From: Gemmatimonadaceae bacterium
GTDB lineage: Bacteria > Gemmatimonadota > Gemmatimonadetes > Gemmatimonadales > Gemmatimonadaceae
NCBI GenBank assembly: GCA_039924785.1
Contig: JBDTAE010000164.1
Span: 4,101 to 68,100 of the forward strand
Length of the DNA: 64,000 nucleotides
Reading direction: 5' to 3'
A model generated the notes under the pieces. The model saw nothing but the letters and a program-made list of their open reading frames with translations. It ran no database searches and was not told the origin of the DNA. Below, in pieces: positions 1 to 8,599 of this stretch; within the stretch, counting starts at the first letter, position 1; every line of letters begins with the position of its first letter. The position numbers and the translations under genes were made by a program.

Positions 1-127
1 ACAAGTCTGAACGTTGGGGATTGTACAGGACTGTCGGCGAGAACGTTTTGAACGACGATTCCAGTCTCGCGAGCCTCACCGTCCACCGCGTGCTTCCGGC
101 GATCGATCGCGTGTGGGGCCAGGCAGG

Positions 128-416
128 CTGGCGGTCAGATTAGCCGCGAATTTCGTACGCTGGCGGTGCGTTTAGCCGCGAATGTCGCCGACACCGGGGG
201 CGGAGAACCGCGGAAAGAACACAAAACCTCTGATGAACGTCCGCCGTCTCAGTCAGAAATGATGAAATAACGAACTTCGGCGCGCCGAGAGGGCACTTTC
301 TTAGTTCTTACAGCACTCCGTGGTGTTCCACGGAACCCGCGGAATGCCGCGGAATAAAACCAGAAAGAGAATCCGTGCTTTTCGCAGTTTCATTTCCGCG
401 GAGTTTCCGCGGCTAA
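128..416. repeat. Intergenic repeat island of the CCGCGGAA / TTAGCCGCGAAT family
   Basis: Two ~32-bp tandem units (128-159 and 160-191, about 24/32 identical), each with CTGGCGGT and TTAGCCGCGAAT. CCGCGGAA at 208, 337, 347, plus variant CCACGGAA at 328. Inverted TTCCGCGG at 394 and 405. CCGCGGCTAA at 407-416 is the reverse complement of TTAGCCGCGG. No ORF of 60 aa or more lies in 1-428. Confidence 0.8.
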
Positions 417-428
417 TCTCACGACAGC

Positions 429-1598
429 CTACGCGCGATTCACCAACCGGTGAATGAGCGAATCGATCATCGCCGCATCGGGAACGCTCCCTTGCGCGAT
501 TCGCGGCGAACCGCCGCCGCGGCCGCCGACCGCCGCCAAACGTTCCTTCAACACCTTTCCCGCGTCGACCCCTGAGTCCTCCGAGGCAGCAAAGAGTACC
601 GACGGCGGCGTCGTCAACGCACCCACCACGACTGTCTTTGGCAGGGCAAGCGACGCCTGTGCGAGATCTCTAATTTCGCCGATCGAACCAGCGTCGCGGA
701 CCACGATCGTGCGAAACCCGCTCGCGTCGGGCGTCGCTGCATCGTACCGTGCCCGCGCGCGAAAGCCTGCCAAGTCGCGCTCCAACTTTCGCTTCGCGTT
801 CTCCGCCTCCTTCGCGCGCTCCTGACTGGCGGCCACCAGCGGCGCTGCGTCCTCGATTGACGCCGACAGCGAGGTGGCAACGTGCGTCAACGCCTCGAAA
901 TCGTTTCGCGCCCGTCGGAGCGCGCGCGTTCCGCACACGAACTCCACGCGAGTCGCCTTTCGAATTTTCTCAACCGACCGAATCATCACTGGACCAAGCT
1001 CCGCGGTCGTCCGAACGTGCGTTCCGCCGCACGCGCTCCGGTCCACGCCCTCGATGTTCACGACCCGCAGCGTGCCGTCGCGACCGGATGCCTTTCGCAG
1101 GCCGATCGCGGTCGCGGCGTCCTCGACCGTGATCGTTACCGGCCGCGCTTCGCCGACAATCGCGTTCGCGCGTTCCTCGGCGGCAACGAGCTTGGCGCGC
1201 GACAGAGAATCCGTCTCGACATCGACCGTCGAATACTCGTCGCCGAAATGCACGCTGACCGTCTTGAAGCCGAACAAATCCTCGAACACCGCGGACAGCA
1301 AATGTTGCCCGGTGTGCTGCTGCATGTTGTCGTAGCGACGCGTCCAGTCCACCACGCCGTTCACGGTGCCGGCCGCGCCTAGCTTCGCCGCGAGCACGTG
1401 GCCGATTCGAGAATCCTCATCGATGACGTCCACGACCTGCACGCCGCCGAGGGTGCCGAGGTCGTGCGGTTGTCCCCCGGAGGTGGGGTAGAACGCCGTC
1501 TCGTCGACGTACACCGTCAACCCGTCAGCGCTCACGCCCACGACTGACGCGGTAAACTCGGCGCGATAAGCGTCCGTGTAGTAGATCCGGTTGGTCAT
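429..1598 (-). CDS. alaX: AlaX-L type alanyl-tRNA editing protein (Ser/Gly-tRNA-Ala deacylase)
   Basis: 389 aa. Zinc motifs HTGQHLL (HxxxH) and CGGTHV (CxxxH) of the Thr/Ala-tRNA synthetase second additional domain. C-terminal DHHA1-like region ending GGRGGGSPRIAQG. ATG at 1598. Confidence 0.85.
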   Translation of the reverse strand: MTNRIYYTDAYRAEFTASVVGVSADGLTVYVDETAFYPTSGGQPHDLGTLGGVQVVDVIDEDSRIGHVLAAKLGAAGTVNGVVDWTRRYDNMQQHTGQHLLSAVFEDLFGFKTVSVHFGDEYSTVDVETDSLSRAKLVAAEERANAIVGEARPVTITVEDAATAIGLRKASGRDGTLRVVNIEGVDRSACGGTHVRTTAELGPVMIRSVEKIRKATRVEFVCGTRALRRARNDFEALTHVATSLSASIEDAAPLVAASQERAKEAENAKRKLERDLAGFRARARYDAATPDASGFRTIVVRDAGSIGEIRDLAQASLALPKTVVVGALTTPPSVLFAASEDSGVDAGKVLKERLAAVGGRGGGSPRIAQGSVPDAAMIDSLIHRLVNRA

Positions 1599-1696
1599 CG
1601 GTCCTTGGAGTGGCCTTGCGATCCTGCCGAAGTCCGGCGAGCAGCGCTCGCGGCCCGATCACAAGCTAGACGGCGGAGCGCAGCGGTGAGTAGTAG

Positions 1697-2194
1697 CTAG
1701 AAACCGATTCCGAAGTCGATGCTGCCGAACCAGCGACGGTCGGTTGGATTCCCGGCGATGCTTCGAAATAGGCCAACGCGCGGTCCAACGAAGAGGACGG
1801 GCCAGAGGAGCACTTCCCCGCCGGCGTACGTCGCGTTGTCCCGAAACACCCACGGTTCCTTCCAGGTCCGTAGCACTGTTCCCGCCACCGCGAATCCCGA
1901 CCCGAAGCTTCCGTACCCGTGTCGAACGAAGGCGACCGACGCGCGGCCGGCGTCGAGACCGGGTTCGACGAACAGGGCAACGTGCCGGGAGTGGTCACGG
2001 CCGTCCTTCTGCCAATCTTCTCCGAGGACAACGCCGACGGCCGCCGACGCCTTTTGTGGCGCCCCAACATGGAGGCCGAGGGCCGGAAAGATGTGCGAGC
2101 GCGGAACGGTATCCTCGGCGGCGGAGCTCGAAGATCGCTGCGCCGCCGCCGAGACAAGCGGACAGAACAGCAATACCAACGCCTGTTTCACCAT
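1697..2194 (-). CDS. Hypothetical outer-membrane beta-barrel-like protein
   Basis: Internal ATG at 2194 gives the signal-like N-terminus MVKQALVLLFCPLVSAAAQ. Alternating Gly/aromatic strands and a C-terminal ...DFGIGF typical of OM barrels. No named family recognised. Confidence 0.55.
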   Translation of the reverse strand: MVKQALVLLFCPLVSAAAQRSSSSAAEDTVPRSHIFPALGLHVGAPQKASAAVGVVLGEDWQKDGRDHSRHVALFVEPGLDAGRASVAFVRHGYGSFGSGFAVAGTVLRTWKEPWVFRDNATYAGGEVLLWPVLFVGPRVGLFRSIAGNPTDRRWFGSIDFGIGF

Positions 2195-2222
2195 AGTTCT
2201 CGTCTTCCCGTACGCCGCGCGA

Positions 2223-2576
2223 TCAAGGTGTAACGGTGATCGTCGCGGATCCGCTAACCGTGGTGTCCGTTGCAAGCCGGCCGACGATGGATGCCGTTCC
2301 GGCGGCGATTCCCGTCACCAGCCCCGACGGTGAGATAGCAGCGACCGTCGACTGAGACGAGCTCCACTCTACGCTCGACGCCTGCGCGGTGCCCCCACTC
2401 ACGGACAGTTGAACCGTCGCGCCCACCCGCACCGTGGCCGTGCTCGGCGTGATTGTCAGTCCGGAGCTCCCCGTTGTGGTCGTTCCGACGCCTGCGATGT
2501 ACGGAGTGGTGGAGGCATCGCAGGCCGCGAGGCTAAGAGCCGCAGCGGACGCTAAGAAAATCGCTGAGAGTCGCAT
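2223..2576 (-). CDS. Lipoprotein with a bacterial Ig-like (Big_2-type) domain
   Basis: 117 aa. Lipobox LSLAAC after the signal peptide. TATVRVGATVQLSV...WSSSQSTVAAISPSGLVTGIAAGTASI resembles the Big_2 pattern. Confidence 0.7.
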   Translation of the reverse strand: MRLSAIFLASAAALSLAACDASTTPYIAGVGTTTTGSSGLTITPSTATVRVGATVQLSVSGGTAQASSVEWSSSQSTVAAISPSGLVTGIAAGTASIVGRLATDTTVSGSATITVTP

Positions 2577-2680
2577 GCCGATCTGTACGACAGAAAGCGT
2601 GCCACACGGATCAGGAAAACTGAACGCTAAGAATTGCTCACACCGACCGCGACCAGGAATCGATTCGCCAACTTGACTCC

Positions 2681-3427
2681 ATGGCCTATTCTCCAGACGA
2701 TTCGTATAGCTCCAACACCGGATTGATGCCCGACGCAGAACTGGTGCTGATCATCGACGATGAGCCGCAGATTCGTCGTGCTGTTCGTGACGCGCTCCGC
2801 GACGTCACGGCGCGCGTCGACGAGGCGGCGAACGGCTCGGCGGGAATCGAGTCGGCCACGACTGGCCGGCCGGATCTCGTCGTGCTGGATCTCGGGCTGC
2901 CCGATATGGCCGGTGTCGACGTCTGTCGCGAAATCCGGCAGCGGTCCGCGGTGCCGATCATCGTGCTGTCGGCGAGACATTCGGAGCACGAAAAAGTTGA
3001 TCTTCTGAACGCGGGGGCCGACGACTACGTCACGAAGCCCTTCAGCGTGCTCGAACTTGCGGCGCGCGCGCGGGCGCAGATTCGCCGCGCCAAGACGCTG
3101 GCTGCCGCGACGAGCAGCATGGCTCCGGTGACGATCGGCGGCCTGCTCGTAGATAGCGTGACGCGAAAAGTCACCCGTAACGGGATCCAGCTTCATTTGA
3201 CCCCGATCGAGTGGCAGATTCTCGCCACGTTGATTTCGTCCGCCGGCCGCACGCTCACGCACCAGCAGATTTTTGACGCGGTGTGGGGACGGCAGTTCGG
3301 GAGTCCGCAGCAGTATCTCCGTGTCCACATAACGAACTTGCGTCGCAAAATCGAACTCGATCCGGCGGCACCGCAGATCATCATCACCGAGCCGGGCGTC
3401 GGATACCGCGCCGAGCTTTCGACCTAG
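2681..3427 (+). CDS. OmpR/KdpE-family response regulator
   Basis: Receiver domain (LIIDDE..., DLVVLDLGLPDMAG, KPF) followed by a winged-helix output (LTPIEWQIL...GVGYR). The start could instead be the Met at about 2726. Confidence 0.9.
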   Translation: MAYSPDDSYSSNTGLMPDAELVLIIDDEPQIRRAVRDALRDVTARVDEAANGSAGIESATTGRPDLVVLDLGLPDMAGVDVCREIRQRSAVPIIVLSARHSEHEKVDLLNAGADDYVTKPFSVLELAARARAQIRRAKTLAAATSSMAPVTIGGLLVDSVTRKVTRNGIQLHLTPIEWQILATLISSAGRTLTHQQIFDAVWGRQFGSPQQYLRVHITNLRRKIELDPAAPQIIITEPGVGYRAELST

Positions 3428-3431
3428 CCGT

Positions 3432-4991
3432 GTGAACTGGCGCGCCGTCATCACGTGGCTGGGTTGGATCTCCATCATGGCGGTCGCGACCGTCGTCATG
3501 TTTCAGATCCGCGCTACGATCGACCAGGTTCACGTCGTCCTGGTCTACCTGCTCATCGTGCTCGGCGCGAGCGCGACGAGTGGCCGCCTGCTGGCGATCT
3601 CGCTCGCGTGCACCGGGTACCTGCTGATCGACTATTACTTTCAGCGGCCCTACGGCAGTCTGATCAACGACAAGCCCGTCGATCTGATGGCGCTCGCGGC
3701 GTTTCTCGTCACTGCGATCGTTGCGACAAACTTGCTCGTGCGCGCGCAGACGCAGGCCGAGGAGGCCAAGCGGCGCGCTATTGAAATTGGTTCGCTCGCG
3801 CGGCTCGGGTCGGAGACCCTCAGCATTGGCCGCGCCGAAGACGCGCTGGCGCGAATTGCCACCGTGATCGGCACCACGCTTGGCATGGAGGACTGCTCGA
3901 TCGTCGCGTGGAACGCCGACACCGGCTTCGGGGCGTCGGCGCGCAGTCGCGCGAGCGACAACCCGGCGATCGCCGATCCGCTGACGCGCACGGTGGTCGA
4001 GCAGCCCGGTTGGACCTGGGTGCGTCCGTCGGGCGCGATGGTGCGCGTGGTCCCCGGCGACTCGCGCGAGCGACCGCCGGCGCCGGCGGACGAAATTAAG
4101 AAGTTGCTCATTCCACTTTCGGTGCAGAATCGCGTCGTCGGCGTGCTGCGGCTCGAAGCGGTGACGCCGGTGCGGCTGGCAGCGGCGCAGCGGCGCTTTC
4201 TCGAAGCGATCACGTTTTACGCAGCCCTCGCGGTCGATCGCGTGCGACTGGTGGCCGAAGCCGAGCATGCGGAGGCGTTGCGTGAGGCGGATCGGCTGAA
4301 GGACATCGTGCTGGCGTCAGTGTCGCACGATTTGCGCACGCCGCTGACGACGATCAAGGCACTCGCGCAGAGCGAGGCGATGCAAGGAAACAAGTCGGCC
4401 GGCGCGATCGAAGAGCAGGCCGACCGACTCACGCGACTCGTAAGCGATCTGCTCGACCTTTCCCGTCTCAAAGGCGGCGGTTTTGCGGTCACGCCCGAGC
4501 TCAACACGGCAGAAGACCTCATCGGAGCCGCGGTGCGACAGACGCGGGGTCTGTTTGCCGACCGCGCGTTACGCACGGTGATCGATCTCGATAGTCCGGC
4601 GCTGATCGGACGATTCGACTTCTCTCAATCGCTTCGCGTGCTCTGCAATCTGCTCGAGAATGCGGTGCGCTACTCACGCGGCAAACCGGTGGAGCTTGCT
4701 GCGTGCCGAGAGGGCGATATGCTGGTGTTCAACGTGTCCGATTTTGGTCCGGGCGTTCGCGAGGAGGACCTCGCGCGCATCTTCGAGCCGTTCTTTCGCA
4801 CGTCCAACAGCGCGCCTGACACCGGTCGCGCGGGGCTTGGCCTTTCGATCGCGAGGACGCTTGCGGACATGCAGGGCGGGTCGGTCCGGTACAACCCACG
4901 CGTCGGCGGTGGCAGCGTTTTCAGTCTTCGGCTGCCGGCGACCGAACTCGGTGCCGACGCACTCGAGCAGACCGCGGACGGGCATTCCTGA
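3432..4991 (+). CDS. Sensor histidine kinase, KdpD C-terminal-like (DUF4118 membrane domain + GAF + HisKA + HATPase)
   Basis: GTG start 5 nt after the regulator stop. Four-TM N-terminus typical of DUF4118. H-box SVSHDLRTPLTTI. N/G boxes NLLENAVRY, DFGPGV, GLGLSIAR. It lacks the N-terminal KdpD/Usp sensor module. Confidence 0.85.
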   Translation: MNWRAVITWLGWISIMAVATVVMFQIRATIDQVHVVLVYLLIVLGASATSGRLLAISLACTGYLLIDYYFQRPYGSLINDKPVDLMALAAFLVTAIVATNLLVRAQTQAEEAKRRAIEIGSLARLGSETLSIGRAEDALARIATVIGTTLGMEDCSIVAWNADTGFGASARSRASDNPAIADPLTRTVVEQPGWTWVRPSGAMVRVVPGDSRERPPAPADEIKKLLIPLSVQNRVVGVLRLEAVTPVRLAAAQRRFLEAITFYAALAVDRVRLVAEAEHAEALREADRLKDIVLASVSHDLRTPLTTIKALAQSEAMQGNKSAGAIEEQADRLTRLVSDLLDLSRLKGGGFAVTPELNTAEDLIGAAVRQTRGLFADRALRTVIDLDSPALIGRFDFSQSLRVLCNLLENAVRYSRGKPVELAACREGDMLVFNVSDFGPGVREEDLARIFEPFFRTSNSAPDTGRAGLGLSIARTLADMQGGSVRYNPRVGGGSVFSLRLPATELGADALEQTADGHS

Positions 4992-5072
4992 CCTTGTGGT
5001 GGTTGGACTGCCGGCGTATTTCGACATCCGTTAGGCTGGCTCGCTCTCGCTTCAGTTCCTAGCTTCGTCGGG

Positions 5073-8000
5073 ATGGAACTCCGCGACCAGCTGGAATCGG
5101 TTCTTGGGAGTACGTACACCATCGAGCGCGAGCTCGGCGGCGGCGGGATGTCGCGCGTGTTCGCTGCGACGGAGAAGGCGCTTGGCCGAAGCGTCGTGAT
5201 CAAGGTCGTGCCGCTCGAGCTGAGCGCTGGCGTCAATCTCGACCGGTTCAAGCGCGAGATTCTGCTGGCGGCGAATCTCCAACACCCTCACATCGTGCCG
5301 GTGCTGACCGCGGGCGAGATCGACGGCGTTCCGTATTACACGATGCCGTTCGTCGCGGGTGAGTCACTCCGTGTGCGGCTCGAGCGCGGCGCGCTGCCGA
5401 TTTCGGAGGCGGTGGGCATCATGCGGGACGTCGCGAAAGCGCTCGCGTACGCCCATGCGCACGGCGTCGTTCATCGCGACATCAAACCCGACAACGTGTT
5501 GATGTCGGGCGGTTCGGCGGCAGTGGCGGATTTTGGAATTGCAAAAGCCCTCGCGGCGGCGGGAGAAGATACGTCCGACGCGTCGAGCACTTCGACGGGA
5601 GGCCTGACGCAGATCGGCATGTCGATCGGGACGCCGATATACATGGCGCCGGAGCAGGCGGCGGCCGACCCGAATGCGGATCATCGCGCGGACATTTATT
5701 CATTCGGCTGTCTTGCGTACGAGCTGCTGGCCGGCACTCCGCCCTTCAGTGGTCCGCCGCACAAGTTGCTGGTCGCGCATATGAGCGAACGCCCGCGATC
5801 CGTGGCTGAGTTGCGGGCGGAGACGCCGCGAGCGCTGAGCGATTTGGTGATGCGGTGTCTCGAGAAGGATCCGGATCTCCGCCCGCAAAGTGCGGGGGAG
5901 ATCGTGCGTCAGTTGGAGGAGGTGACGAGCACGACATCGATGGAGGCGATTCCGGCGGCGGTGCTTGCGCGCCCGGGAGCGCTTCGCCGCGCGCTGGTCG
6001 TGTATGTGGCGGCTATTGCCGCGATGGTGGTGGTTTCGCGCGCGGCGATCGTGGGAATCGGATTGCCCGATTGGGTCTTGCCCGCGTCGATCGTGCTGCT
6101 CGCGCTCGGTTTTCCGGTCATCGCGGCGGTCGCGTACTTTCGACAATTCTCATGGCGGAAGACGGCGGGGGTCGGCATCGCGGCCGTGATCGCGTTCGTG
6201 GCGTTAATTGGCGGATTCATGACGCTGCGTGCGTCCGGCGTCGGACCGTTCGGGTCGTTGCTTGGCGCGGGAAAGTTGAATCAACGCGACAAGATTCTCG
6301 TCGCCGACTTTACGTCGACTGGTTCCGACACCACGTTGGGAGGCGTCGTATCCGAGGCCGTCCGCGCGGACCTCGGCCAGTCGCCGATCGTGCAGTTGGT
6401 AACGCCGCAAACGGTGGCGGCGGTATTGCAGCGGATGCAGCTGCCGGCGAGCACGCGTGTGGATACGTCGGTCGCGCGGCAGCTTGCGAAGCGCGAAGGC
6501 GTGAAGGCGATCGTCAGTGGCGACGTGCATTCCCTCGCGGGCGGCGGATTCGTGGTGACGATGCGCCTCGCGAGCGCCGATTCCGGGCAGGAGCTCGCGT
6601 CTGAACAGGCCAGCGCGGATGGCGCGAAGGACCTCATCCCGACGATCGGCAAGCTCACGCGTGCGCTGCGCGGAAAGATGGGCGAGTCGCTCAAGCACTT
6701 GCAGGCGTCTCCGGAGTTGGCGCAGGTGACGACGGCGTCGCTTCCCGCGCTGGAGAAGTATTCGCAGGGCCAACGGGCGATGTCGACGGAGGGAGATTTC
6801 GATAAGGCGGTTCCGTTGCTCCGCGAGGCCATCAAGCTCGATACCAACTTTGCGTCGGCGTATCGCGCGTTGGCGATCGCGCTCGGCAACCAGGGCCAGG
6901 ATCGCACGGGCCAGATCGCGGCCCTTGAAAAAGCGATGGCGCATTCGGATCGGCTGCCGGAGGTTGAGCGTTTTCTAACGACGGCGGCGTACTACTCGCA
7001 AGGTCCGAAGCCCGATCCCGACAAGGCGGCGGACGCGTATCAAGCTTTGCTCGCCGTTCGCCCGACGAACTACGCGGCGCTGAACAATCTTGCGCTGATC
7101 TTTGCGCAGAAGCGCGACTTCGCGAAAGCCGAAGAATATCTGCGCCGGTCGATCGCGTCGAATCCGGCGGCGATCGTCGCGTACGGCAACTTGATGGGGT
7201 ATCAGGCCGAGCTTGGGCAGGTGGCCGCGATGGATTCCACGTTCGCTGCGGAGGTGAAGGCGTCGGAGAACAATCCCCGAGTCGTCCTCGGGCGCGTCTC
7301 GATTCTTTTCGCGCGCGGTGACTATGACGCCGCCGGTGCGCTGATGGATTCGTTGGCGCGCACGAACCCAACCGCGACCGATCTTGCGCTTCAGCGTCTC
7401 GGTGTGAACGAAGCGATCGCGATGACGCGCGGAAAGCTCAACGAATCGCTTCGTCTCGCGAGCCAGAACGCCGTACTCGGGCGGGAGCGGGGGTCTCCCG
7501 GTGCCTTGTTGGGCGCCGCGTTCGATTCCGCGATGGTGGAGTCGTGGTATCGGGGCAACAAGGTGAAGGGGCTCGCGCGCATTCAGGCCGGGTTGGCGCG
7601 AACGCCGTTATCCAGCCTCGCGCCCTTCGATCGGCCGTATGAGTCTCTGGCAGAGCTTTATGCGATCAGCGGGCGCGCGGATCTGGCAAAGGAGGCGTTC
7701 GCGGAATTCGAGCGCACATCGAGCGCCATGGCCCCGGACGAGCTCGCGGCCACCCGCCACGAGTTTCGCGGCGCGATTGCGTTCGCCGAGGGGAAGTACC
7801 TGGATGCCGCGCACGAAACGATTGCCGGTGATATCGGGCCGTGCACGACCTGCGTGCTCCCGATCGTCGCGACGGCGTACGACCTGGCGGGACAGCCTGA
7901 CTCCGCGATCGCGGCGTTCACGAAATACGTGGAGTCCCCCTCAATCCTGAACCGCTTCAACAACGACGAAATTTTCCTGGCCGGCTCGTACAAACGATTG

Positions 8001-8162
8001 GGCGAATTGCTCGAGTCCAAGGGCGATCGGAGTAAAGCAGTTCACTACTACACAAAGTTTGTCGAACTATGGAAGAATGCTGATGCCGAGCTTCAACCTT
8101 CCGTGGCGGATGTGCGTAAACGTCTCGCGCGATTGAGCGATACTGAAGGCAAGAATAAATGA
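5073..8162 (+). CDS. Ser/Thr protein kinase with transmembrane segments and a large C-terminal TPR region
   Basis: 1029 aa. GGGGMSRVF...VIKV, HRDIKPDNVL, ADFGIAK, YMAPEQ. Hydrophobic segments near aa 300-390, then TPR-like repeats. Confidence 0.9.
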   Translation: MELRDQLESVLGSTYTIERELGGGGMSRVFAATEKALGRSVVIKVVPLELSAGVNLDRFKREILLAANLQHPHIVPVLTAGEIDGVPYYTMPFVAGESLRVRLERGALPISEAVGIMRDVAKALAYAHAHGVVHRDIKPDNVLMSGGSAAVADFGIAKALAAAGEDTSDASSTSTGGLTQIGMSIGTPIYMAPEQAAADPNADHRADIYSFGCLAYELLAGTPPFSGPPHKLLVAHMSERPRSVAELRAETPRALSDLVMRCLEKDPDLRPQSAGEIVRQLEEVTSTTSMEAIPAAVLARPGALRRALVVYVAAIAAMVVVSRAAIVGIGLPDWVLPASIVLLALGFPVIAAVAYFRQFSWRKTAGVGIAAVIAFVALIGGFMTLRASGVGPFGSLLGAGKLNQRDKILVADFTSTGSDTTLGGVVSEAVRADLGQSPIVQLVTPQTVAAVLQRMQLPASTRVDTSVARQLAKREGVKAIVSGDVHSLAGGGFVVTMRLASADSGQELASEQASADGAKDLIPTIGKLTRALRGKMGESLKHLQASPELAQVTTASLPALEKYSQGQRAMSTEGDFDKAVPLLREAIKLDTNFASAYRALAIALGNQGQDRTGQIAALEKAMAHSDRLPEVERFLTTAAYYSQGPKPDPDKAADAYQALLAVRPTNYAALNNLALIFAQKRDFAKAEEYLRRSIASNPAAIVAYGNLMGYQAELGQVAAMDSTFAAEVKASENNPRVVLGRVSILFARGDYDAAGALMDSLARTNPTATDLALQRLGVNEAIAMTRGKLNESLRLASQNAVLGRERGSPGALLGAAFDSAMVESWYRGNKVKGLARIQAGLARTPLSSLAPFDRPYESLAELYAISGRADLAKEAFAEFERTSSAMAPDELAATRHEFRGAIAFAEGKYLDAAHETIAGDIGPCTTCVLPIVATAYDLAGQPDSAIAAFTKYVESPSILNRFNNDEIFLAGSYKRLGELLESKGDRSKAVHYYTKFVELWKNADAELQPSVADVRKRLARLSDTEGKNK

Positions 8163-8398
8163 CGCGCGAAGAATTTCATCTTTGTGGAATCTTTACCCAC
8201 GACACAACGTCTCACGGATAGTTTTTCTCTACGTCATCGAGTGCCCCCCAAACGTCTCTCGGTGGCGGAGCAGGAGTAAACGGCAGGAGCTTGGGTGTAT
8301 GTGTCATGAGGGGTGGGTGGGAAATCATGCGCTGCACCTGACTCCTGTTCGTTTTCCTCTCCCGCGAACAGGGTCATAGATAGAAAACGATACTTTCG

Positions 8399-8428
8399 AA
8401 TCCGGCGATGAGCCGGATTTTTTTTTTG
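8399..8428 (+). terminator. Rho-independent terminator (orphan, plus-strand oriented)
   Basis: ATCCGGC-GATGA-GCCGGAT hairpin followed directly by a run of ten T. It lies about 240 nt after the kinase stop, with no annotated plus-strand gene in between. Confidence 0.8.
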
Positions 8429-8599
8429 GCCGGTGATTCAGGAGCACGGAGTTCTCGGACATGCAACCGCGATTGTCGCGGAGAAATACGAGGCACTCGC
8501 CGGACTCTGAATGTGATGCAGGCGGTGGATCGATGCCGGCGCGATTCAAATTCCTTGATACGACAAGAGGAACATCGGTAACGATGGTTGTTTTCGGCG

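Noticed and set aside
8182-8379. 65-aa ORF from the ORF track (TTG start) in the kinase-permease gap
   Set aside because: It has a low-GC, non-sense-like composition for this genome and no SD at the TTG. Only its last 26 codons, which have their own AGGAG-ATG, are kept as a low-confidence candidate in the findings.
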